NCBI GenBank assembly: GCA_040397175.1
Contig: JBBAWM010000004.1
Location: forward strand, 11,586 to 75,585
DNA length: 64,000 bases
Source: Candidatus Limnocylindrus sp.
GTDB taxonomy: Bacteria > Chloroflexota > Limnocylindria > Limnocylindrales > Limnocylindraceae
Reading direction: 5' to 3'
Shown here: piece after piece, positions 1 through 8,465 of the stretch
How positions within the stretch are numbered: position 1 is the first letter of the stretch
How the letters are laid out: every line of letters starts with the position of its first letter
The notes under the pieces: model-generated
The model's input: only the letters and a program-made list of their open reading frames with translations
Told to the model about the DNA's origin: nothing
Database searches by the model: none
Program-made: the position numbers and the translations under genes

Positions 1-130
1 CCGTCTTGCGCTTGGCCTTTCGCTTGGCTGGAGCCTTCTTGGCTACGGCCTTCTTCGCTACTCGCTTCTTAGCGACCTTCTTGGCAGCAGGCTTTCGCTT
101 CGCAGCGGCCTTTCGCTTCTTTACAGCCAT
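1..130 (-). CDS. Lys/Ala-rich histone H1-like basic protein (partial, runs off the window start; absent from the ORF track)
   Basis: Reverse strand from ATG at 130 reads MAVKKRKAAAKRKPAAKKVAKKRVAKKAVAKKAPAKRKAKRKT; GGAGGT Shine-Dalgarno just upstream. Confidence 0.85.
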   Translation of the reverse strand, partial: MAVKKRKAAAKRKPAAKKVAKKRVAKKAVAKKAPAKRKAKRKT

Positions 131-196
131 GTGTGTACCTCCACTCTGACCAGCCCGTACTTCGGACGGCCATAACTCCACCCCATTGTTGGGGCT

Positions 197-231
197 TGTG
201 GAAAACTAAAACACAATGTGGATAACTGCAA
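197..231 (-). promoter_or_regulatory. Sigma70-type promoter of the H1-like gene containing two DnaA boxes
   Basis: Minus strand TTGCAG (231-226), 17-bp spacer, TAGTTT (208-203); TTATCCACA at 225-217 and TTTTCCACA at 205-197 match the DnaA consensus TTWTNCACA. Confidence 0.6.
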
Positions 232-543
232 GCGTGAAATTTCGATTTCGTGCGTGTGGCCACTCTCGACCCCTCTGCTTACGAGCTGCTGATACCCCGC
301 AGCAGGGTGGGCCGACGCCCAGCGCGGGGGAAATCCCCTTTTGGTAGGGGGTAATTCGTGCGGAATCGGCACTCCGGCCCGCTCAGATGCACGTAGAGGC
401 CCCTTCCGCTGCCGCGGCACGCGATCCGCGTGCGTATGGGGTGAAGTTGTGCGTGTTTTTGCACGATCGCCCCGCTTCGTGGCGCATTTCCTGCTCTGCG
501 GCGACGCGAGGGGCTCCAGATTTTGCGTGGAAACTCCGCTTTC

Positions 544-572
544 TTGACCCACGGCGCGCGCCGCCGTAGAGT
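544..572 (+). promoter_or_regulatory. Sigma70 promoter of the aro operon leader
   Basis: TTGACC (544-549), 17 bp, TAGAGT (567-572); predicted +1 coincides with the ATG at 579. Confidence 0.75.
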
Positions 573-578
573 TTGGGC

Positions 579-614
579 ATGGCGAACCGCTTCTACTTTC
601 GATACCCGGCATGA
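579..614 (+). CDS. Putative attenuation leader peptide MANRFYFRYPA
   Basis: 11 codons with 4 Phe/Tyr codons in a 5-codon span, between the promoter and a terminator upstream of aroF. Confidence 0.75.
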   Translation: MANRFYFRYPA

Positions 615-660
615 CCAGCCCAGGCGCGTAAGCGTCTGACCGGCGGTCCTGCCGGGATGT

Positions 661-691
661 GAGCAGAGGGAGACCTCTGCTCTTTTCTTTT
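661..691 (+). terminator. Intrinsic terminator (attenuator) in the aro leader
   Basis: GAGCAGAGG-GAGA-CCTCTGCTC 9-bp stem followed by TTTTCTTTT, 47 nt before the aroF ATG. Confidence 0.85.
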
Positions 692-738
692 CCCCCAGAA
701 GCGGCGCCAGGGAGTCCGCCAAGAGAGTGGAGTGACCA

Positions 739-1785
739 ATGTTTGTACGAATCAACCAGTCGGCAACTGCGGAACAGATCGCGGCGATCCGTAGCCGCGC
801 CACCGAGGCCGGCCTCGCCGTGTACGACGAGCCATCGGCGCGCGGATTGACCCTCGCCCTCCTCGGCCCGAAGGGCTTCGACGAGAAGTTGAGCGACGAA
901 CTCGTGGCGATGGCCGGTGTTGCATCCGTTGCGCGCCCATCCCGCCCCTATCGTCTGAGCTCACAGGAGTTCCGCGAGGAGCCAACGGTGGTAAAGGTGC
1001 GCGATGCGGTGATCGGCGGCGGCTCACTGACGCTGATGGCGGGGCCTTGTTCGATTGAATCACGCGAACAGCTCTTCGAAGTTGCTGCAGGCGTCGCCGC
1101 TGCGGGAGCAACGCTGCTGCGCGGTGGTGCCTTCAAGCCACGCACCTCGCCGTACGCCTTTCAAGGGCTCGGCCTCGAAGGGTTGCGCCTCCTTGCCGAG
1201 GCGCGCGAGCGCACCGGGCTGCCAATCATCACCGAAGTAATGGAGCCGGCGCAGGTTGACATGGTCGCCGAGTTCGCCGACGTGCTGCAGATCGGCACGC
1301 GCAACATGCAGAACTTCTCGCTCCTCAACGCCGTGGGGCGCACGCGCATGCCAGTGATGCTCAAGCGCGGCCTCTCCGGCACGATCGAAGAGTGGCTGCT
1401 CGCCGCCGAGTACATCCTGGCCGCGGGGAACCGCCAGGTGATCCTCTGTGAGCGCGGCATTCGCACCTTCGAGACGGCGGCGCGCAACACGCTCGACCTG
1501 AACGCCGTGCCGATCTTGCGCCGACTCACGCATCTTCCAGTCATCGTTGACCCGAGCCACGCGACGGGGAAGCGTTGGATGGTTGCGCCGATGTCGTACG
1601 CCGGCGTTGCCGGTGGCGCCGACGGGATCATGGTTGAGGTGCACCCGAAGCCTGAAGAGGCCTGGTCCGACGGCGAGCAGTCCCTCACCCTGCCGATGTT
1701 CTCGCGCCTGGCTGGCGAGCTGCGAACGATTCATTCGGTCGTCTCGCCAATGCACGCGAATCCGGGCGAGGCCTCAGGGCGATGA
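739..1785 (+). CDS. aroF: 3-deoxy-7-phosphoheptulonate (DAHP) synthase, type I-beta with N-terminal regulatory domain
   Basis: [36 protein letters not shown] and DPSH motifs. Confidence 0.95.
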   Translation: MFVRINQSATAEQIAAIRSRATEAGLAVYDEPSARGLTLALLGPKGFDEKLSDELVAMAGVASVARPSRPYRLSSQEFREEPTVVKVRDAVIGGGSLTLMAGPCSIESREQLFEVAAGVAAAGATLLRGGAFKPRTSPYAFQGLGLEGLRLLAEARERTGLPIITEVMEPAQVDMVAEFADVLQIGTRNMQNFSLLNAVGRTRMPVMLKRGLSGTIEEWLLAAEYILAAGNRQVILCERGIRTFETAARNTLDLNAVPILRRLTHLPVIVDPSHATGKRWMVAPMSYAGVAGGADGIMVEVHPKPEEAWSDGEQSLTLPMFSRLAGELRTIHSVVSPMHANPGEASGR

Positions 1786-3098
1786 GCGATCGCTTGCGCG
1801 GCGAGCTGCGCCTTCCAGGCGATAAGTCGATGAGCCATCGTGCGCTCCTCTACGCCGCGCTCACCGACGGCGAGACGCTCGTGGTTGGCGCGGGCGACGG
1901 CCATGACGTGCGTTCCACCGCGGGCATCGTTGCCGCGCTCGGTGCCTCGGTGTCGCGCGAATCGTCCCAGCCTGGTGATGCGCCGGGCACCGCGCGTTGG
2001 CGGGTGCGCTCTGGCGGACGTGACTCGTTGCGAGCCGCCGCTGGGCCCCTCGACTGTGGTAATTCGGGAACCTCGATGCGACTCGGCGCGGGCCTCGTGG
2101 CCGGCATTTCTGGCGTGCACACACTGACGGGCGACGCATCACTACAGAGTCGACCAATGGCACGGGTGCTGGAACCCCTCGCTGCGATGGGCGCGAAGGT
2201 GGCTGGTTCTGGCGAGGCGGGCACGCGCGCACCACTCACGATTACTGGTGGTGCTCTGCGCGGTATTGAATGGGCCCCAGCAACGCCAAGTGCACAGGTA
2301 AAGGGGTGCGTGCTGCTTGCTGCGTTGGCGGCAACGGGCGAAAGCACCTACCGCGAGACGGTCGCCACCCGCGATCACTCTGAGCGCATGCTCGTGGCGC
2401 GTGGCGCTTCGCTGCGAACCTCTCGCGATGCGAGCGGAGCGACTGTTTCGATTGCCCCGAGCGAGCTTTCTGCCCTGCCGCTGGTCACCATTCCGGGCGA
2501 TCCGTCGTCGGCAACCTTCTGGCTGGTGGCGGGGAGCCTGCACCCCGACGCCGATCTGCTCATTCGTGGCGTCTCGCTGAACCCCACCCGACGCCACGCC
2601 ATCGACCTGTTGCAGCGCATGGGCGCGCGCATTGACGAGTTCCCTGGCGTCGACGATGGCTCGGGCGAGCCAGTTGGCGACCTGCGCGTGCGCAGCGCCG
2701 CCCTCCACGGCATCGACATGACTCCGACGGACGTAGCGCTAGCTATTGATGAGGTGCCGATCCTTTCGCTGGCAGCGGCCATGGCCACTGGCGCAACCAG
2801 CATTCGCGGCGCCGGCGAGCTGCGCGCCAAGGAGAGCGACCGCATTGCCGGTGTGGCCGCCGGCCTTACGGCACTTGGGCTGACGGTTTCAGTGACGGGC
2901 GACGACCTGCACTTCGTGGGTGGCGGCCGACCTACGGCTGGTTTGACCGAATCCTTTGGCGACCACCGCCTGGCGATGACCTTCGCCATTGCCGGTTTGG
3001 TAAGCGGCGCCGCCGTTTCGGTTGATGACCCTGCTGCGGCAGCGGTGAGTTACCCCACCTTCTACGACGACCTGGCGCGAATCGGGGCGGCAGCATGA
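1782..3098 (+). CDS. aroA: EPSP synthase
   Basis: [26 protein letters not shown] and DHRLAM motifs. Confidence 0.95.
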   Translation: MSDRLRGELRLPGDKSMSHRALLYAALTDGETLVVGAGDGHDVRSTAGIVAALGASVSRESSQPGDAPGTARWRVRSGGRDSLRAAAGPLDCGNSGTSMRLGAGLVAGISGVHTLTGDASLQSRPMARVLEPLAAMGAKVAGSGEAGTRAPLTITGGALRGIEWAPATPSAQVKGCVLLAALAATGESTYRETVATRDHSERMLVARGASLRTSRDASGATVSIAPSELSALPLVTIPGDPSSATFWLVAGSLHPDADLLIRGVSLNPTRRHAIDLLQRMGARIDEFPGVDDGSGEPVGDLRVRSAALHGIDMTPTDVALAIDEVPILSLAAAMATGATSIRGAGELRAKESDRIAGVAAGLTALGLTVSVTGDDLHFVGGGRPTAGLTESFGDHRLAMTFAIAGLVSGAAVSVDDPAAAAVSYPTFYDDLARIGAAA

Positions 3099-3952
3099 GC
3101 GGGCGACGGATTCTCTTGCTTGGCCACCCAGTAGCGCACAGCCTCTCGCCAGCATTCCAGCAGGCGGCGTTCGATTCGATCGGCCTGCCAGTTCGCTACG
3201 AGGCCGTGGATGTTGCACCCGCCGATCTTGCTCGCGTCGTAGCTGAGATGCGTGCAGACCCGCTGGTGATGGGGGCAAACGTCACGGTGCCGCACAAAGA
3301 GAAGATCGCGCCGCTCCTCGACTCGCTCACCGATGATGCCGTGCAGATCGGCGCCGTGAACACCATCACCCGCGCCGGAAGCCGACTCGTGGGGCGCAAT
3401 ACTGACGCGGCGGGCTTCCGCGGCGCGCTTGACGGCCTGCTCGACGGGCGACGCACTCCACGCCATGCGCTGGTGCTCGGTGCCGGTGGTGCCGCAAAGG
3501 CGGCGATCTCGGCGCTCGTGACCGCTGGCGTTGCGCAGATCTCCATCGCCAATCGCCATCTGGCGCGCGCCGAGCGGCTAGTTACCGAGGTGCGCAAGGC
3601 CTCACCACACCTCACAGTGCGTGCTGCGCCGTGGCATGAGGGGCTGTTAATTGAAGAGGCGCAGATTGCGGGGCTCGTGGTGCACGCCACCACCCTTGGG
3701 TTGAGTGACGGCGCGCTGCCACTTCCCGCAGCTGCATTCCGCGCCGGCCAGTTCGTGATCGACGTGGTCTATGCGCCGGGTGAGACGGCGCTGGTGCGCA
3801 CGGCACGCGCCGCGGGTGCCGAGGCGATCGACGGACGTGAGATGTTGCTGCTGCAGGGTGCGGCGGCGTTTGAACTGTGGACGGGGCGACCAGCCCCAAT
3901 TGCGGTGATGCGCGAAGCATTTGACACTGCAGCGAAGCACAACGCGAAGTAA
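3095..3952 (+). CDS. aroE: Shikimate dehydrogenase
   Basis: HSLSP, NVTVPHK, GAVNT, NTD and GAGGAA motifs. Confidence 0.95.
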   Translation: MSGRRILLLGHPVAHSLSPAFQQAAFDSIGLPVRYEAVDVAPADLARVVAEMRADPLVMGANVTVPHKEKIAPLLDSLTDDAVQIGAVNTITRAGSRLVGRNTDAAGFRGALDGLLDGRRTPRHALVLGAGGAAKAAISALVTAGVAQISIANRHLARAERLVTEVRKASPHLTVRAAPWHEGLLIEEAQIAGLVVHATTLGLSDGALPLPAAAFRAGQFVIDVVYAPGETALVRTARAAGAEAIDGREMLLLQGAAAFELWTGRPAPIAVMREAFDTAAKHNAK

Positions 3953-3964
3953 GGGGGGAAGATC

Positions 3965-5221
3965 ATGGCCTTTCGATTCTTGACCGCAGGCGAATCGCAC
4001 GGACAAGAGCTCGGCGTGATTGTGGAGGGGATGCCGGCGGGCGTGCCGCTCACCGAGGCGGCCCTTGAGATTGATATGCGCCGACGCCAGGGTGGGTACG
4101 GCCGCGGCGCTCGTCAAACGATTGAGCAAGACCGCGCGCGCATTCGCAGCGGCGTGCGACACGGTGCAACGCTCGGCTCCCCCATCCTGTTGCTGATTGA
4201 GAACCGCGACTGGGAGAACTGGACCAGTGTGATGCAGGTCGCCCCACTCAGCGCCGAGGAGGCGGCGGCCCTAGCCGCTTCGGCGGCTGAGGGAACGAAG
4301 CGTGCGATTCCGGTGACGCGCGTTCGCCCCGGGCACGCCGACCTTGCTGGTGCACTGAAATACGGCTTTGATGATGTGCGCAATGTTCTGGAGCGTGCCT
4401 CAGCGCGCGAGACGGCGGCACGCGTTGCCGCGGGTGGCGTCGCCAAGGCGCTCTTGAGCGCACTCGGCGTTGAGATCTGGTCGTTCACCGCCGAGGTGGG
4501 CGGCGTGGCGGTGGATCCTGCGAACTGCACGCGCACGCGCGACGAGGCTGATGTGAGTCCACTCCGCTGCCCAGACCCTGCCGCAGAGGAGCGCATGGTG
4601 GCGCGTATCGACGAGGCACGCGAGGCCGGCAATACGGTCGGCGGAATCTTCGAAGTCGTCGTCAAGGGGCTTCCCATGGGGCTCGGCTCGTACGTACATT
4701 GGGATCGCCGACTCGACACCGCGCTCGCTGGGGCGATCGCAAGCATTCAGAGCGTGAAGGGTGTGGAGTTCGGCCTGGGCTTTGAGCAGACGCGCATCTT
4801 CGGCTCCGAAGTGCACGACGTGATCGAGGGTCGCTCCCCCGACGGCAGCTGGGTGCATCGCACCAACCGCGCCGGTGGGCTCACCGGTGGCGTCTCGAAT
4901 GGCGAGCCGATCGTGGTGCGTGGCGCCGTGAAGCCGATCAGCACCCTGGCGCGACCGCTCCCATCTGCCGACCTGATCACGGGCGAGAAGGTCGAGAAGG
5001 CGCACTACGAGCGCTCCGACATCAGCGTCGTTCCTGCTGCAGGGGTGATCGGCGAAGCGATGGTCGCACTCGCCATCGTCCCGTTCCTGCTCGAGAAGAC
5101 GGGGGGCGACTCGCTTGCCGAGATTCAGGCGAACCTTGAAGCCCTGCGCGCCCGATCTGCAGCGCCACGCACTGCACCATCGGCGGGCGGCACCAGCGCC
5201 GGCTCCGGCGGCGACGACTAG
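3965..5221 (+). CDS. aroC: Chorismate synthase
   Basis: TAGESHG, RRQGGYGRG, RPGHAD and ERASARETA motifs. Confidence 0.97.
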   Translation: MAFRFLTAGESHGQELGVIVEGMPAGVPLTEAALEIDMRRRQGGYGRGARQTIEQDRARIRSGVRHGATLGSPILLLIENRDWENWTSVMQVAPLSAEEAAALAASAAEGTKRAIPVTRVRPGHADLAGALKYGFDDVRNVLERASARETAARVAAGGVAKALLSALGVEIWSFTAEVGGVAVDPANCTRTRDEADVSPLRCPDPAAEERMVARIDEAREAGNTVGGIFEVVVKGLPMGLGSYVHWDRRLDTALAGAIASIQSVKGVEFGLGFEQTRIFGSEVHDVIEGRSPDGSWVHRTNRAGGLTGGVSNGEPIVVRGAVKPISTLARPLPSADLITGEKVEKAHYERSDISVVPAAGVIGEAMVALAIVPFLLEKTGGDSLAEIQANLEALRARSAAPRTAPSAGGTSAGSGGDD

Positions 5222-5227
5222 GTTGTG

Positions 5228-6895
5228 ATGAGCGCTCCACGCGATCTTGCACTGGTTGGGCTCCCCGGCGTTGGGAAGAGTTCGCTCGGCAAGCGCTTGG
5301 CAGCAAAGCTCGGTGTCCCCTTCCTTGATACCGACCGTGCGGTAATCGCCGAAACGGGCATCAAGAACGACAGCGTTGCATCGATCTTCGAGCGCGAGGG
5401 CGAGGCGGGCTTCCGACTTCGCGAGCGCCGCCTGATCGCCTCACTCGTTGCACCTGAGCCGCCTGCCGGATCGATCGGTGCCGAGCTTGGCATCGGCCGG
5501 GTAGTGGCGTTGGGTGGCGGCGCAGCCGCTGACCCACGCAGTCGATGGGCGCTCCGCGAGCACGCAATCCTCTTCTGGCTCGACGCGCCCGACACGTCAA
5601 TTGCCCGGCGGCTGCGCACCGCGCGCGTGGTGCGACCGCTCATGAATCATGGGGATCCAACCGCAACACTCGAGCGCCTCCGCGGCGACCGTGAGCGATT
5701 CTATCGACCAGGGGTGCGCCTTCGTAGCACCCGCAGCCCCGGATCGCTCGCCGACGAGGCGATCGCGCTGCTTCGCGCCGCCGCACCATCGACGCGCCCG
5801 CTCGTTGATGCGGAAACGCTCTCCGGGCGTTGGTTGGTTGGTGACGGGATCGCTCTCGATGCGCTGCGCGCGATCCTCGCCGAGCGTGGGACCTCGCGCC
5901 TGGTCCTTGCCACCGAGCCGAATGCGGCACGGGCGTTCGCCAGCGGCCTGCGTGATGCACTCACCGCAACGGGCATTACGGTCATTCCACTGGAACTACC
6001 GAGTGGCGAAGCGGCCAAGGAGCTGCACGAGATTGGCGCGGCCGCGCAGCGACTCGCTAACGCCGGTGTGGAGCGTCGCGACCTGATCGTTGCCGTTGGT
6101 GGCGGTGCACTCACCGATGCCGCGGGATTGCTGGCTGCCCTCTATCTGCGCGGCGTCGACTGGATCGCCGTGCCCACCACACTCGCCGCGCAGGTTGACG
6201 CCTCGCTCGGCGGCAAGACCGGAGTCGATCTCCCCGAGGGGAAGAATCTTGTCGGCGCATTCCATCAGCCGAAGGCGGTCATCGCCGACCTCGCTGCGCT
6301 GCGCACCCTCCCTGCGCGCGAGTTGGTCGCAGCGTCTGCCGAGGCGGTGAAGATCGCGCTGCTCGGTGATACGCGCCTCTTCACCGTGCTCGAAGAGGCG
6401 GCCCCGCGACTTCGCTCCGGTGATCCAACCCTGCATGGCGACGGTACCCTCGCCGAGATTGTGGAGCGCGCCGGTTGGTGGAAGTGCCGCGTCGTTGCCG
6501 CCGACGAACGTGAATCGGGCGAGCGCATGAGCCTCAACCTTGGCCATACGCTCGGTCATGCGCTGGAGCAGGCGGCCGGATACCAGGATTTATTGCACGG
6601 TGAGGCGGTTGGCTACGGCCTGCGCGCCGCACTGCAGATTGGCGTGGAGCATGGGGTGACCCCCGCGGCGCTCGCCGCACGTGGCATCGCACTGCTTGAT
6701 GCGCTTGGCCTCGGTGTTGCCGCGCGCACAGAAACGGTTCCTGCCCTGCTAGCTGCAGCGAGCCGCGACAAGAAGGTGGCCGAGGCGAAGATTCGCTGGG
6801 TCCTCGCCAGCGACAACGGCTACGTTCTCCGCAACGATGTTCCTGCTAGCCTCGTCGAGCGCGCCACGGCCGCCATGCTGGCCGGCGCAAGGTAG
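5228..6895 (+). CDS. aroKB: Fused shikimate kinase / 3-dehydroquinate synthase
   Basis: N-terminal GLPGVGKS P-loop with FEREGEAGFR; C-terminal VDASLGGKTG, LNLGHTLGHALE and HGEAV. Confidence 0.92.
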   Translation: MSAPRDLALVGLPGVGKSSLGKRLAAKLGVPFLDTDRAVIAETGIKNDSVASIFEREGEAGFRLRERRLIASLVAPEPPAGSIGAELGIGRVVALGGGAAADPRSRWALREHAILFWLDAPDTSIARRLRTARVVRPLMNHGDPTATLERLRGDRERFYRPGVRLRSTRSPGSLADEAIALLRAAAPSTRPLVDAETLSGRWLVGDGIALDALRAILAERGTSRLVLATEPNAARAFASGLRDALTATGITVIPLELPSGEAAKELHEIGAAAQRLANAGVERRDLIVAVGGGALTDAAGLLAALYLRGVDWIAVPTTLAAQVDASLGGKTGVDLPEGKNLVGAFHQPKAVIADLAALRTLPARELVAASAEAVKIALLGDTRLFTVLEEAAPRLRSGDPTLHGDGTLAEIVERAGWWKCRVVAADERESGERMSLNLGHTLGHALEQAAGYQDLLHGEAVGYGLRAALQIGVEHGVTPAALAARGIALLDALGLGVAARTETVPALLAAASRDKKVAEAKIRWVLASDNGYVLRNDVPASLVERATAAMLAGAR

Positions 6896-6904
6896 GAGGG
6901 GCAC

Positions 6905-7429
6905 ATGGCGGAGATCTCGAAGCGCATCGAACTCGCGGCGATGAGCCCGCGAACGCGCGCGCATGCCGCCGGTGACGGACTCCTCATGTTGAGCGGCCCA
7001 AACCTCAACCTGCTCGGTGAGCGCGAACCAGAGACCTACGGCATCACCACCCTCGCCGAGATCGAAGCCTCGGTCGCAACCGCTGCAGCTGCTGCGGACC
7101 TGCACCTCGTAGACGCAGTGCAGTCAAATCACGAAGGCGAGCTGATCGATCGCCTGCACGTGCGCGACTACTCGTGGTTGATCATCAATCCTGGGGGGCT
7201 CACCCACACGAGCGTCAGCCTGCGCGACGCCCTCCTCGCCGTGGAGCGACCCTTCGCCGAGGTCCATCTCAGCGACCCGGCAACGCGCGAGCCGTTCCGC
7301 AGCGTGAACTTTGTCGAAGATCTCGCCGCCGTGACGGTGCGCGGCTACGGCGCCACCGGCTACCTTCGCGCTGTGGCGCTCATTGCCGAGCTGCAGAGTG
7401 CTGCGCGCGACGCGGATGGTCACCAGTGA
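6905..7429 (+). CDS. aroQ: Type II 3-dehydroquinate dehydratase
   Basis: GPNLNLLGEREPETYG, QSNHEG, NPGGLTHTS and EVHLS motifs. Confidence 0.95.
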   Translation: MAEISKRIELAAMSPRTRAHAAGDGLLMLSGPNLNLLGEREPETYGITTLAEIEASVATAAAAADLHLVDAVQSNHEGELIDRLHVRDYSWLIINPGGLTHTSVSLRDALLAVERPFAEVHLSDPATREPFRSVNFVEDLAAVTVRGYGATGYLRAVALIAELQSAARDADGHQ

Positions 7430-7701
7430 GCGATCCAGCTGCACGCCTCGCCGAGATTCGTGCCGCCATCGACACCATCGACGACCAGCTGCTGACGCTG
7501 CTCGCCGCGCGAACCGAGCTCGCCCTCGAGGCAGGCGCAGCGAAGGCGGCACTTGGTCGCGCGGTGCAGGACCCAGAGCGCGAGGCGGCACTACTCGCGC
7601 GCGTTGCGGCGCGTGGCGCCGGTGCCCTTACTCCTGAGGATCTGGTGGAGTTCTGGACGCTGCTGATGGCTGCGACGCGTCGGGCGGAATCTCAGCGCTA
7701 A
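7426..7701 (+). CDS. Chorismate mutase (type II, monofunctional)
   Basis: GTG start overlaps the aroQ stop (GTGA); LAEIRAAIDTIDDQLLTLLAAR...K...DPERE pattern. Confidence 0.88.
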   Translation: MSDPAARLAEIRAAIDTIDDQLLTLLAARTELALEAGAAKAALGRAVQDPEREAALLARVAARGAGALTPEDLVEFWTLLMAATRRAESQR

Positions 7702-7846
7702 ATCCCGCGCAGCGCATTACCGGCAGGCGCGGATAGCGAGGAAAGCGATCATTGGTATCCGACAGCTCGCAGCGCATGTAGTGCGACCCACGGCCACTCA
7801 CCACGAGCCGCGCATAAATGCAGAGGGAACAAAGGCCACTACTCAT
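7628..7846 (-). CDS. Small Cys-rich hypothetical protein
   Basis: GLCSLC...GSHYMRC...RFPRYPRLPVMRC four-Cys pattern; lies just downstream of tRNA-Ser on the same strand. Confidence 0.65.
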   Translation of the reverse strand: MSSGLCSLCIYARLVVSGRGSHYMRCELSDTNDRFPRYPRLPVMRCAGFSAEIPPDASQPSAASRTPPDPQE

Positions 7847-7882
7847 GACGCGCAGTGTGGCGCAGAGCGAGCGATTGGGGTG

Positions 7883-7974
7883 TGGCGGAGGGGGAGGGAT
7901 TCGAACCCCCGCAGACCGTTACCAGCCTGGGCTGTTTTCAAGACAGCTCCGTTCAACCACTCCGGCACCCCTCC
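7883..7974 (-). tRNA. tRNA-Ser (anticodon TGA)
   Basis: GGAGGGGTGCCGGAGTGGTTGAACGG...CTTGAAAAC, long variable arm, GGTTCGAATCC and encoded CCA end. Confidence 0.95.
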
Positions 7975-8006
7975 ACGAGGGAGTGTATCGGATGCCGCGG
8001 TCCCGA

Positions 8007-8462
8007 TCAGCCGAAGTGGCTGAGGTGATCTGCCCAGTGCGCGCTGCTCTCAATCTTGATGATCTTTTTAAGCGGGTCGCCCTCGAGGAAGGGGAAGGCT
8101 GCCTCGTCGTAGAGCTGCGCCTCGGAGAGCGCTGCCGCTGTCGCGCGAAGCTCCGCCCAGGCCGTAGCCTCGGCAGCGCGCACCTCGCTCGCCTCACGAC
8201 CACGGTTCTCAGCGGTAACCCTGGCATTCAGTTCGTCGAGGCTCTCCGCGGTGATTTCAAGGGTGGCTCCAGCAATGAGGGTGCGAATCTCAAAGGTGCC
8301 ACGACGCTCCCACCACTCAATGTGCGCGAGCAAGTCGGTGCGGGTGAGATCGCCATCGACGACCTCTGCCCATGCACGCTCAGGAGTTGCTGTGATCGCC
8401 GCCTCAAACGCTGCTCGGGCGTCGTCGAGTCGGGCGAAAAAGTTTTGAACTCGCTCGCTCAT
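8007..8462 (-). CDS. DinB-like four-helix-bundle protein
   Basis: DLLAHIEWWE and C-terminal HWADH histidine pattern. Confidence 0.7.
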   Translation of the reverse strand: MSERVQNFFARLDDARAAFEAAITATPERAWAEVVDGDLTRTDLLAHIEWWERRGTFEIRTLIAGATLEITAESLDELNARVTAENRGREASEVRAAEATAWAELRATAAALSEAQLYDEAAFPFLEGDPLKKIIKIESSAHWADHLSHFG

Positions 8463-8465
8463 CAA

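Noticed and set aside
197-225. DnaA boxes as the replication origin oriC
   Set aside because: Only two clear boxes, no extended AT-rich unwinding element, no dnaA/dnaN in view; their position inside a promoter fits regulation better
615-738. T-box riboswitch before aroF or before lysS/serS
   Set aside because: No UGGNACC T-box sequence and too short for stem I; lysS appears leaderless
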